Virus record (IMG/VR): IMGVR_UViG_3300020202_000063
Span: 34,579 to 98,578 of that record
DNA: 64,000 bases
Strand: one strand, 5' to 3'
Source of the DNA: a virus
Both the position numbers and the translations under genes were made by a program. The stretch's first letter is position 1. Each line of letters starts with the position of its first letter. This document shows, in pieces, positions 39,007 through 46,448 of the stretch. Under the pieces are notes generated by a model. It was not told where the DNA came from and made no database searches. It saw only the letters and a list, made by a program, of their open reading frames with translations.

Positions 39007-39039
39007 GTTCTTCGCTTTGAACCACTAAGCTACCCGCCC
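38966..39039 (-). tRNA. tRNA with CAT anticodon (Ile2 or elongator Met); CCA not encoded
   Basis: GGGCGGG TA GCTT AGTGGTTCA AAGC G AAGAA CTCATAA TTCTT GGACC GTGGG TTCGAAT CCCAC TCCGCCC A. Confidence 0.92.
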
Positions 39040-39045
39040 AAAAGA

Positions 39046-39261
39046 TTAGGTTTTAAGTATACCCACGGTTTTGCGGATGTGCGCTATCGCATATTCCATA
39101 CAATCCAGAATCGATTTTGCGCTTTCTGGTTTCTTGATAAGCGCTTTTCGCAATTGTATTATATCGTAAACGGTAGATGGTAATGAATGACACCCACTGT
39201 AAGTATCCCGTATGCGGATAGCCTCCTCAACTATTTCATTTGCCCGTTCTAAGTGTGTCAT
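39046..39261 (-). CDS. Hypothetical protein
   Basis: 71 aa ORF between two RNA genes. Confidence 0.55.
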   Translation of the reverse strand: MTHLERANEIVEEAIRIRDTYSGCHSLPSTVYDIIQLRKALIKKPESAKSILDCMEYAIAHIRKTVGILKT

Positions 39262-39268
39262 TTAAAAT

Positions 39269-39497
39269 TGGTGGGCTGCAAGGGATTCTCACCCCTAACC
39301 TTTCGTTACCACACCAGCCACGGTGGGGGCTTTCGGCCCGATATAACGACTGCTCTGTTTCCGGTTCTGTGGTTTCACTTTCGGCTTTGGCAAAACCTAA
39401 TTGTATTTTCCACATCCGGCCCCTTCTCTACTAAATCGCTTGTATGCGCACTTAATCGCGAAGATTCGAGTTGGGTTTATCTTGAGCTAGCGCGCCC
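39269..39497 (-). ncRNA. 229-nt tRNA-scaffold RNA with large D-loop and anticodon-loop insertions
   Basis: GGGCGCGC-TA-GCTC...GAGC-AG-TCGTTA...TAACGA-AAGGTT-AGGGG-TGAGAAT-CCCTT-GCAGCCC-A-CCA. Confidence 0.8.
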
Positions 39498-39503
39498 GTA
39501 AAA

Positions 39504-39770
39504 TCAAATTGCCTTTTCCAAATCTTCAAACGTGGAACCCAACGTACCCCAATTACAGTAGGTGGCAACCCCAACTTCCGTCTTCTCATCACCACCCATC
39601 GGACCCCAAATCTGCAATATTATAACGCCTTTTGCTCCCGCCCAAAATTCGAATTGGATTTCTGGGGCATTGGGATTCTTATCCTGAACAACCCGAATGA
39701 TTTGATAATTCTTACCCAATAGGATGTCTCGCATCCGAACATAAACACGATTCTTGAATTTATCGTTCAT
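39504..39770 (-). CDS. Hypothetical protein
   Basis: ATGA-coupled ORF. Confidence 0.6.
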   Translation of the reverse strand: MNDKFKNRVYVRMRDILLGKNYQIIRVVQDKNPNAPEIQFEFWAGAKGVIILQIWGPMGGDEKTEVGVATYCNWGTLGSTFEDLEKAI

Positions 39771-40024
39771 GTTATAAATTCAAACAATTTTGGGCGCGAG
39801 TTGAACTTTGCCACTTGCACCAACTCGCTCCCCGCATCACGAACAATACAACCGCTATTATCGACCTCGGCTGTATCGTCGTTCAGAACGAGATAAAGCA
39901 GATGGGTTTTATCACTACGTGGCACTCGCGGCAATTTGTTCATCGCCTCGACAAATGACACTTTGCTTGATGCCCACTCGCCAGCGGAGACAGCGAGGAA
40001 TGTTTTCTTAATCGGTTTATTCAT
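39767..40024 (-). CDS. Hypothetical protein
   Basis: Palindrome-linked promoter at 40063. Confidence 0.6.
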   Translation of the reverse strand: MNKPIKKTFLAVSAGEWASSKVSFVEAMNKLPRVPRSDKTHLLYLVLNDDTAEVDNSGCIVRDAGSELVQVAKFNSRPKLFEFIT

Positions 40025-40080
40025 GACACCCACGTTATAACATGTGTCGCGCCAGAATACAATAGGGTATATACCTTAAT

Positions 40081-40332
40081 TTAAGCCGCCAAACGCACTG
40101 AATTAGCATCCCATTTTTCCTGCCACATTCCGGGGGCGAGATGATTGAAATTCAGAGCAATATCCATTCTGATATTTTCGGCGCTCTCAAATTTATCCCG
40201 ATGCAGGATTTTCTCAATCACATGCAAAATATTATTCGCCTCAAATTCCCATTCATTCCCATGTATTAAGACTCTACACAAGAACGGTTTGGGTTTGGTG
40301 GGCGACTCACTGAGTGATAGTATTTTGCTCAC
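40081..40332 (-). CDS. Hypothetical protein
   Basis: Ends in RLAA. Confidence 0.55.
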   Translation of the reverse strand: MSKILSLSESPTKPKPFLCRVLIHGNEWEFEANNILHVIEKILHRDKFESAENIRMDIALNFNHLAPGMWQEKWDANSVRLAA

Positions 40333-40609
40333 GCAACACAGTCGATTTCATTGCCGCGCGAACGTCAAGCAAAATCTGCTTTGCATTCTCGTGCGCATCA
40401 GCATGGCCGCTCATGTATTTTGCCTCGGAAACATACCCTTGAGATTCAAAATTATCCGACAAGCGCTGACTACTGCTGCGCCAAATTTCTAATTGTTTGG
40501 TCGCAGCTTCGATGAACAAATCCACTTCGCTTTTCTGAGGGGTCGGCTGAGAAAGCGCAAGAGATGCAAGCACGCAAAAAACCATGAGGTGGAATCGATT
40601 AGTTTTCAT
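40307..40609 (-). CDS. Hypothetical exported protein (leaderless)
   Basis: Signal peptide-like N-terminus; palindrome promoter 40647. Confidence 0.6.
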   Translation of the reverse strand: MKTNRFHLMVFCVLASLALSQPTPQKSEVDLFIEAATKQLEIWRSSSQRLSDNFESQGYVSEAKYMSGHADAHENAKQILLDVRAAMKSTVLREQNTITQ

Positions 40610-40761
40610 GCGCGCGAGGCTAGTCCATTTGTTTGTGGTTTGTCAATAGGGTCTTATACCTATTTTTGGGGTCGAAAAAAAGATTGGTTTTTAAGGTTTG
40701 GGGTCGTTTGTTTTATTCATTAATATGCCGCATAGTATACCGATTATAATCAGGATTAGTA

Positions 40762-41457
40762 TTAGCATTGTTTGGCTATTTCGTTTACTACTCTATGAGC
40801 CGTTCCATGTGCCGGAAATCCAATTACATATTCACGGTTCGCGCGGGCGCAAAGCCCGCAGACAGAACAATTTACATTTTCGCGCACTGACGCTGGGCAA
40901 ATGACAACCCGTTTGCCATTAGGCGTCAAGCAATTTGTTTTCTGTTCGGTCGGAACTATAGCGACCACTGGCGCTATACCAAGTTCCAATAATTTATCGG
41001 CATGGTTCAGGTTATTAGCCGAAAGATTAATAACGAATCCGTTTTTAACCGCCTCTTTTACAGCCTCGCGGTTTGACTTTACAATTGACGCAGAAGCTTG
41101 ACCATTCAATACCGGTTTGTGAGTGTAGCAGATTGCGCGCTTATTCTTATTGGCGGCTGTCAACTCACGCAATTTCTTTCTATCAATCTTGTTATTGTCA
41201 CCTGCCAAATCACCCGCCTGATTGTGACGCCATAGCTGACCGGCGCGAAGTGATTTGATTTTCGACAAAAAACTATTCCATTCCTCGCCCGTTTTCTTTT
41301 GGGTCAGTCTCATCCAGTGGATATTCAGCGCGCCCGAGGCCGCATAACAACCCGATTTCTTTAGGGGGCAAGCGCTGGGGCAAGTTTCTTTTGGTGAGGT
41401 GGATACGGGAATTGGACCCGTCTTTTTATTCCCAGAAACAGGGGTGAATAAAATCAT
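40762..41457 (-). CDS. Gp88-like Cys-rich putative Fe-S protein (leaderless)
   Basis: N.KTG..TCP..CP..GCYA, RHNQAGD, YTH, CPA..C..CGLC..GFPAHG; TTGACA-N17-TATGGT-N6-ATG. Confidence 0.65.
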   Translation of the reverse strand: MILFTPVSGNKKTGPIPVSTSPKETCPSACPLKKSGCYAASGALNIHWMRLTQKKTGEEWNSFLSKIKSLRAGQLWRHNQAGDLAGDNNKIDRKKLRELTAANKNKRAICYTHKPVLNGQASASIVKSNREAVKEAVKNGFVINLSANNLNHADKLLELGIAPVVAIVPTEQKTNCLTPNGKRVVICPASVRENVNCSVCGLCARANREYVIGFPAHGTAHRVVNEIAKQC

Positions 41458-41672
41458 GTCCCTACCATACCATATGAAATCGAAATGTCAAGTACCTATC
41501 GGAGAATTTCTTATGGGGAGTAATACCTATTCCGAAAGGCGAAAAATCTGATTGCTTTTTAGCGCAAAAACTGATTGGATTAGCCGCCAGTTGGGGAATT
41601 TTCCCCACCCCGCTCGGGGCGCACGCGTATATTTTGGGACGCGATTTTAAAAAAAAATATTCTAAAAAAATT

Positions 41673-41888
41673 CTATTTGTGCTTTACAATGCCACCAGCA
41701 GAATTAACAATGTATTCGCTCCCATCATAGCGCACCAAATGTAAATTTGGTCCAGTCATTCTACCTGCCGAAATATGTATAATCTCAAGGGGCTGATTTC
41801 CTTTTGCACCCAATCCAAAAAAAATGACAGCGGCCAATAGCACCACAGTCACTACAGAGTATATTCGGAGTCGTATTTTTGCGTTCAT
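41673..41888 (-). CDS. Small membrane-anchored protein
   Basis: N-terminal TM helix. Confidence 0.6.
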   Translation of the reverse strand: MNAKIRLRIYSVVTVVLLAAVIFFGLGAKGNQPLEIIHISAGRMTGPNLHLVRYDGSEYIVNSAGGIVKHK

Positions 41889-42058
41889 ATTTAAAAAAAA
41901 TTGTAATTTTGCGCTCTGAATTGTAAAAAAACGTATCCAAATTTCCTACAATCGATAAGGTTTTACTAGGGGTTTCAACAAAAACGAAATTGTATAAGTA
42001 TTTATTTTGAAGCGCTTTATAAAAAAACGTGCATTTTGCAATACTGTATCCACTTTTA

Positions 42059-42475
42059 CTACAATCGGCGTTTGGCAATCCGCCGCCTATTTTCGACTCT
42101 CGCGAGCAAAAAACAGGTGGTGAGCGCTATAATTCGGGGTGTTGTATCACACGAACGCCACCAATAAGCGCCCCTACAATTTCCCTTTTCTTTATATTTT
42201 GGTTCGAAATGCTTATAAAAAAGTTTCATTTCAGGCTCGTGTTTCGCATCAACAATCCAAGCGTGGTCACACGCCTTGGCTATGGCGCGACAACATCCAT
42301 AGTAGTAAACCTGCTCATCATCAACAACTTCCAAATGTTTAATAGCCCTCAAAAAGACGTTTGGTCTCAAGAGACGTATAGTAGCCATATGATGTGAGTT
42401 GTTAATATTGGGGAATTTTACCCAATTTTTGGTGTTGCGTATTTTGGAGAGTAAGGGCGCAGTGCGGTACGTCAC
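42059..42475 (-). CDS. Hypothetical protein (start uncertain, probably ~42370-42390)
   Basis: ORF; promoter-like TTAACA..TACTAT inside its 5' part. Confidence 0.5.
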   Translation of the reverse strand: MTYRTAPLLSKIRNTKNWVKFPNINNSHHMATIRLLRPNVFLRAIKHLEVVDDEQVYYYGCCRAIAKACDHAWIVDAKHEPEMKLFYKHFEPKYKEKGNCRGAYWWRSCDTTPRIIALTTCFLLARVENRRRIAKRRL

Positions 42476-42545
42476 CCCAAATCAAATTAACCAACCTTCT
42501 CCAACCTTCTCCAACCTTATCTCTTCCTTATTCTTCCTTCCCTAT

Positions 42546-42812
42546 CTATACTTCCTCTATCTTACTACCGCTATTATTCTCTTCTGTTTCTGGTTCGTTG
42601 GGGGACACATGATTTAACACTCGTATAGTGTTATAAACAGTTAATCCACAGCTAATTACACAAAAGAAAAGCAGGACGAAAAAGCGGGCTGGATTCTCCT
42701 GAGAAACAGTGTGTAACAACCCCATAATGGTCGCTCCAAACATGAGTGAAAAGTACACCGAAAAGAACACATGATTCTCTATTTTATTGGCGCTTGAGAC
42801 AGTTTGACACAT
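42546..42812 (-). CDS. Membrane protein
   Basis: Two TM helices. Confidence 0.55.
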   Translation of the reverse strand: MCQTVSSANKIENHVFFSVYFSLMFGATIMGLLHTVSQENPARFFVLLFFCVISCGLTVYNTIRVLNHVSPNEPETEENNSGSKIEEV

Positions 42813-42896
42813 AATTTTATAATGGTTGGGTTATACTCCCCTATAATTAGGTTTGGGGCGCGTTTTTAATACTTAAAGCGGCGATTCCTCCACCCT

Positions 42897-43130
42897 TTAT
42901 CCTTGTAAATTACTTTCGGCGGCTTTCAAACTATCTAATTTTTGACAGCCCCAATAAAAAATTCCATAATAAATAATCCCCATCACGGCACACATGTAGT
43001 ATTCCCAATCCTTAATCGAGTACAGTTCTGGGAATAAATCCAAAACAACGAACGTAAGGAGGCAGAGGATGACGCCCGCCAGCCCCATATCGCGCACGAA
43101 TCTTACATCCTTTTCGGTGAGAAATTTCAT
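42897..43130 (-). CDS. Membrane protein
   Basis: Two TM helices. Confidence 0.6.
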   Translation of the reverse strand: MKFLTEKDVRFVRDMGLAGVILCLLTFVVLDLFPELYSIKDWEYYMCAVMGIIYYGIFYWGCQKLDSLKAAESNLQG

Positions 43131-43408
43131 GGGAATTTTTTAAAAAAATCGTCAACCGTCATTTCTTTGCCGCCACAATTATTAACGACTACATCAACCA
43201 CTTCGCCGCAAGAATTCAAGAAAAAAAATACAAATTTGTAATGTTCGCTCAGTTTTCGATATTCTTTTTCTAGTTGTTTTTTACTGATGAACTTATGGAC
43301 CCACCCATAAACTGGTTCGGTACGCGCGCGATACTTATACAAACGGTGCACAATCTCAACGAACAGCGCGGGGATACCGAAAGTATTGACTTTATATTTT
43401 GTGTGCAT
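43127..43408 (-). CDS. Hypothetical protein
   Basis: ORF packing. Confidence 0.55.
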   Translation of the reverse strand: MHTKYKVNTFGIPALFVEIVHRLYKYRARTEPVYGWVHKFISKKQLEKEYRKLSEHYKFVFFFLNSCGEVVDVVVNNCGGKEMTVDDFFKKFP

Positions 43409-43443
43409 AGCCGCGAAAAATTAAAAAACCGGTCTTTTTTTAT

Positions 43444-43707
43444 TTAGATGTTCAAACTATTAAGTTTCCGCATCATACCCAATGTATACTTCATCATTGC
43501 GAAACGTTCATCCACCGGATTCTCATAGAGTTGGTCTTGAGCCTCTTCAATTGTGGTGGCGTAACCTAATACCTCAAAGGCCACCGCTCCATCTTTCAGT
43601 TTCGTATGTTCATCACCGGGTTTGTTACAGGTAATAAACCGATTGTTATGCCTGATTCCGCGCAGCATTACGAACGGCAGGGATGAATCTTGAGAGCGCG
43701 TTTTCAT
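43444..43707 (-). CDS. Hypothetical protein
   Basis: ATGA-coupled ORF. Confidence 0.6.
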   Translation of the reverse strand: MKTRSQDSSLPFVMLRGIRHNNRFITCNKPGDEHTKLKDGAVAFEVLGYATTIEEAQDQLYENPVDERFAMMKYTLGMMRKLNSLNI

Positions 43708-44102
43708 GCCGCCGACTTTAGGGATTCGATAGCCGCCGTCAAGTCCAAAGTAACAATATTCTTGCTTTTCTGTTGATTTTCCCTTGCTCGCAGAACCTTC
43801 TCATAGCGCCGTCTCATAAAGGCTATGGCGCATTTCCATTTTTCGGTCTCTTCTGGCCCAATGTAAAATTTAACCAAATTATCCCACTGCCCCCGCAAGT
43901 TATTACATTCATAACAAGTTAAAAAATAACCCGAATTCTTTTTTCGTTCTTCGGGGTAAAGTTGTGAAACCTTATGGTCGAGAGTCGCGGCACGAGTATG
44001 GAGAATGCCGGTCGGTTCGTTTGTTAAATCCGTTTTAACTCCGCACCAATGACAATTTGGGTCTTTATTCCATAGTCTGACTTTAATCTTTCGAAAACTC
44101 AT
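43704..44102 (-). CDS. HNH endonuclease-like protein
   Basis: CHWCG..ATLDH..TCYECNNLRG. Confidence 0.75.
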   Translation of the reverse strand: MSFRKIKVRLWNKDPNCHWCGVKTDLTNEPTGILHTRAATLDHKVSQLYPEERKKNSGYFLTCYECNNLRGQWDNLVKFYIGPEETEKWKCAIAFMRRRYEKVLRARENQQKSKNIVTLDLTAAIESLKSAA

Positions 44103-44365
44103 TAAATTGTAATCAGTATGTAGGTGTTATGATGCTCACTCTTATTCAATGAATGGAATAGGCGTAAACCCGGAGTTTCGTACTTTCCACTCACATCGTG
44201 TATTTCCAACCGTCGCATGCTCCGACAAATTGAATCGCGCCAAGCTTCCAACCGTTTAACAGTCAATTTCTTCGGCTTGAATAGAATAAGTTGATGCCCA
44301 ATTCCACATTCGACATTCACTGCATACTCACATTCGATAACAAGATTAGGGTTGTGTGGAGCCAT
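44102..44365 (-). CDS. Hypothetical protein
   Basis: ORF packing. Confidence 0.5.
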   Translation of the reverse strand: MAPHNPNLVIECEYAVNVECGIGHQLILFKPKKLTVKRLEAWRDSICRSMRRLEIHDVSGKYETPGLRLFHSLNKSEHHNTYILITI

Positions 44366-44585
44366 GTTGTTTGGGTTGTTCTAACTTACGTTGCAAATCA
44401 AAAAGCTGAATGAATTTAACGCGTCGCCCTCGCGTTCTTTCGATTCCATTCTCTTCTTCGGCGGCTTGTTCAGCTTTATGCCGCTTTTCATAACCCATAC
44501 TATAAACAGTTCCGGTCGAAAGATTTAGAATGCGGAATTCCTTTGTGCGACCATCATAAACAACCGTTTCGTAAATATTATCCAT
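44346..44585 (-). CDS. Hypothetical protein
   Basis: ORF packing. Confidence 0.55.
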   Translation of the reverse strand: MDNIYETVVYDGRTKEFRILNLSTGTVYSMGYEKRHKAEQAAEEENGIERTRGRRVKFIQLFDLQRKLEQPKQHGSTQP

Positions 44586-44868
44586 TGATTATATCCTTTC
44601 CGTAGGTTGTTACTAGTTGTGAGGCGGCGCGTTTGGCGGCTGACCCAATATCTTTATTGGTAATTCGTCCGTGGTGCCTGATTGTATCTCGGAGAGCGCC
44701 CGCTATTACGCGTTGCAATCTATCAAAACTATCACAACGAACCTCTTTATCTTTATTTTTGATTCGCTTTTCGATGATTAATCCAATTGCCTTTTGTCCC
44801 TCCCTTGTCGAGTGGTGCATACCAGTCAACAGGTAATCAGAAATTTCTTCGGCAATCGTTTTCTTCAT
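44578..44868 (-). CDS. Hypothetical protein
   Basis: ORF packing. Confidence 0.6.
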   Translation of the reverse strand: MKKTIAEEISDYLLTGMHHSTREGQKAIGLIIEKRIKNKDKEVRCDSFDRLQRVIAGALRDTIRHHGRITNKDIGSAAKRAASQLVTTYGKDIING

Positions 44869-45072
44869 GTCGCAATTAAAAATGCTAACGAGGCTATAAA
44901 TAGAAGGGGCCAGAGTAGAAAGAGGGGCTTTATAACAAATTTTCGACCCCGTGCGATTCCTGCCGAATCATTTAGAAAATCAATAACTTGAATTACAAAT
45001 ATAAAAAGTACAAAGGCCCTGATTAAGAGTGTTCCGCATGACACTACTGTAAAAAAAACTAATCCAATTCAT
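44865..45072 (-). pseudogene. Membrane protein gene with 1-bp frameshift in T8 run
   Basis: MNWISFF/TVVSCGTLLIRAFVLFIF..; coupled ATGA overlaps at both ends. Confidence 0.5.
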
Positions 45073-45278
45073 ATTTTCTTTGTCTCGACTTTAATATTTT
45101 GATAACCCATCTCCTGAATCATCTTCTTCTTTTCGTCAAGAGTAATTGTATCGTAAGTATGCATCATGAAAATTTGATTATTCGATGCGTTTGGATGCGT
45201 CGCTGTCACTGTATGACGTTCGGTGAATTTGGCGCTCATGGGAAATCTTCCTATGTTGTCGGACAGTGGGCGGACCAA
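45069..45278 (-). CDS. Hypothetical protein
   Basis: ORF; start probably MSAKFT. Confidence 0.5.
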   Translation of the reverse strand: MVRPLSDNIGRFPMSAKFTERHTVTATHPNASNNQIFMMHTYDTITLDEKKKMIQEMGYQNIKVETKKI

Positions 45279-45317
45279 TCGTGCGCTGCCCCTAACAACG
45301 GGACTAGATTCGTTCCA

Positions 45318-45542
45318 TCACGCGTGCTTTGCCCACAACAGAGTGAGCGCAAACACGAGGTACGCGGCGCACGCAATCAGCGCGCTCCTTGGACGCAGGT
45401 AGTAACCCGCGACGAGGCCAAGCACGACAAACACGAGATAGCCCCAGCCAAAAAACCAGAGCGCGATGGGTTTGAGTAGGTCCATAGGTTCGTTTACTCG
45501 TCGGACTCTTCCTCTTCGAGTTCTTCGAGCCGCATTTTCCAT
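45318..45542 (-). CDS. Small membrane protein
   Basis: Two TM helices; start probably MDLLKP. Confidence 0.5.
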   Translation of the reverse strand: MENAARRTRRGRVRRVNEPMDLLKPIALWFFGWGYLVFVVLGLVAGYYLRPRSALIACAAYLVFALTLLWAKHA

Positions 45543-45721
45543 TCGTCCGCGACGTTGAGTGCGGCTTCGAGCGCATCCTTTTCCGGGACGCCTTTTGACG
45601 CGCGGGCCATTGCCTCGCGGATTGCTTCTTCGATTTTCTGAGTAGCCATAAAATTTCCTCTGGTTCGTTCAACTCTCCGCCGACTCGCGAAAGAGTCGAA
45701 TGTGATTCTGTGCAATTTCAA
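45494..45721 (-). CDS. Acidic hypothetical protein
   Basis: Start probably MATQKI after AGAGGA. Confidence 0.5.
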   Translation of the reverse strand: MKLHRITFDSFASRRRVERTRGNFMATQKIEEAIREAMARASKGVPEKDALEAALNVADEWKMRLEELEEEESDE

Positions 45722-45875
45722 GGGCGCGGTCGGTCTTCTCTACGTCCGTCATCAGTGGGCCATCGCTACTACCTTTCCGCACTTCAGTGTTGCGCGCATA
45801 ATAACCGGTTGTAGCGGCTGCAATCCACCACAACGCTTGTAACTCACAATGCTTTTGGAATTGGTCCTTGTTCAT
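45669..45875 (-). CDS. Hypothetical protein
   Basis: ATGA-coupled ORF. Confidence 0.55.
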   Translation of the reverse strand: MNKDQFQKHCELQALWWIAAATTGYYARNTEVRKGSSDGPLMTDVEKTDRALEIAQNHIRLFRESAES

Positions 45876-46102
45876 AGAGAAATCCTTTTAAGATATATTG
45901 AATCAGGATGTTCTTTTACAACCTGAATGCGGGCCGCACGATATGGATTCTCAATACGAACGTGCCACCATGCACGAAGCCATGCTAGCCAACGCCAACG
46001 ATAAGTGCCAATTGTATATTCGTATCCTTCCCAGAAGGTGCCGGGACCACCAGCACGACCTATGGCGCGAAACTTGGTTGTATTTTTATTACGAATTGTC
46101 AT
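45872..46102 (-). CDS. Hypothetical protein
   Basis: ORF packing. Confidence 0.55.
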   Translation of the reverse strand: MTIRNKNTTKFRAIGRAGGPGTFWEGYEYTIGTYRWRWLAWLRAWWHVRIENPYRAARIQVVKEHPDSIYLKRISL

Positions 46103-46109
46103 TCATTTG

Positions 46110-46394
46110 TTAATCAGTATAAGGTTCCGTAACTGTATAGCGCCACGTCGTATCGTCAAACTGCTTAAGCGTGCCGTAAGATTCAAACCCAAACGGATAT
46201 CCACCAAGCTTTTCGGCGCGGTTATTAGTCGCATGGACAGTCTGCATATAAGCCCAAACCTGCGCATCGGTTGCGCCCACTTCAGTAGTGACTAGATAAG
46301 TATGCGCGGTGTCGCCATAAGCGCCGAGTTGACCGCCCTGAATACATTTATGAGTCATGGTGGAAAAGATTGCATATCTGCCGCCCAATATCAA
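46110..46394 (-). CDS. Hypothetical protein
   Basis: Start probably MTHKCI. Confidence 0.55.
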   Translation of the reverse strand: MILGGRYAIFSTMTHKCIQGGQLGAYGDTAHTYLVTTEVGATDAQVWAYMQTVHATNNRAEKLGGYPFGFESYGTLKQFDDTTWRYTVTEPYTD

Positions 46395-46448
46395 GATTTA
46401 TTTTCGAAAAAGTGCAAAACTACATGTATTATTAGTGTAACTAATTAC

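Larger units (their letters stand above)
29990..42424 (-). promoter_or_regulatory. Dispersed 16-bp palindrome T(A/G)GGG(T/A)-N4-(T/A)(A/C)C(C/T)(T/C)A, mostly abutting sigma70-type promoters
   Basis: Copies start at 29990, 30704, 31193, 31410, 32481, 33052, 33403, 33838, 34899, 35540, 36239, 37137, 38006, 38544, 40063, 40647, 41514, 41592, 42409; most directly precede TTGTA(A/T)/TTGCAT-N17-TA(T/G)xxT on the minus strand. Confidence 0.85.

Noticed and set aside
39269-39497. tmRNA or group I intron-containing tRNA
   Set aside because: Has a D-stem, no Ala G3:U70 pair, no tag ORF in the expected place, inserts too short and no group I core recognised
29990-42424. CRISPR array interpretation of the repeated palindrome
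   Set aside because: Copies are degenerate, hundreds of bp apart and separated by genes; no cas genes
42491-42520. CCAACCTTCT x3 tandem repeat in a pyrimidine-rich tract
   Set aside because: Short low-complexity repeat; no supporting context for iterons
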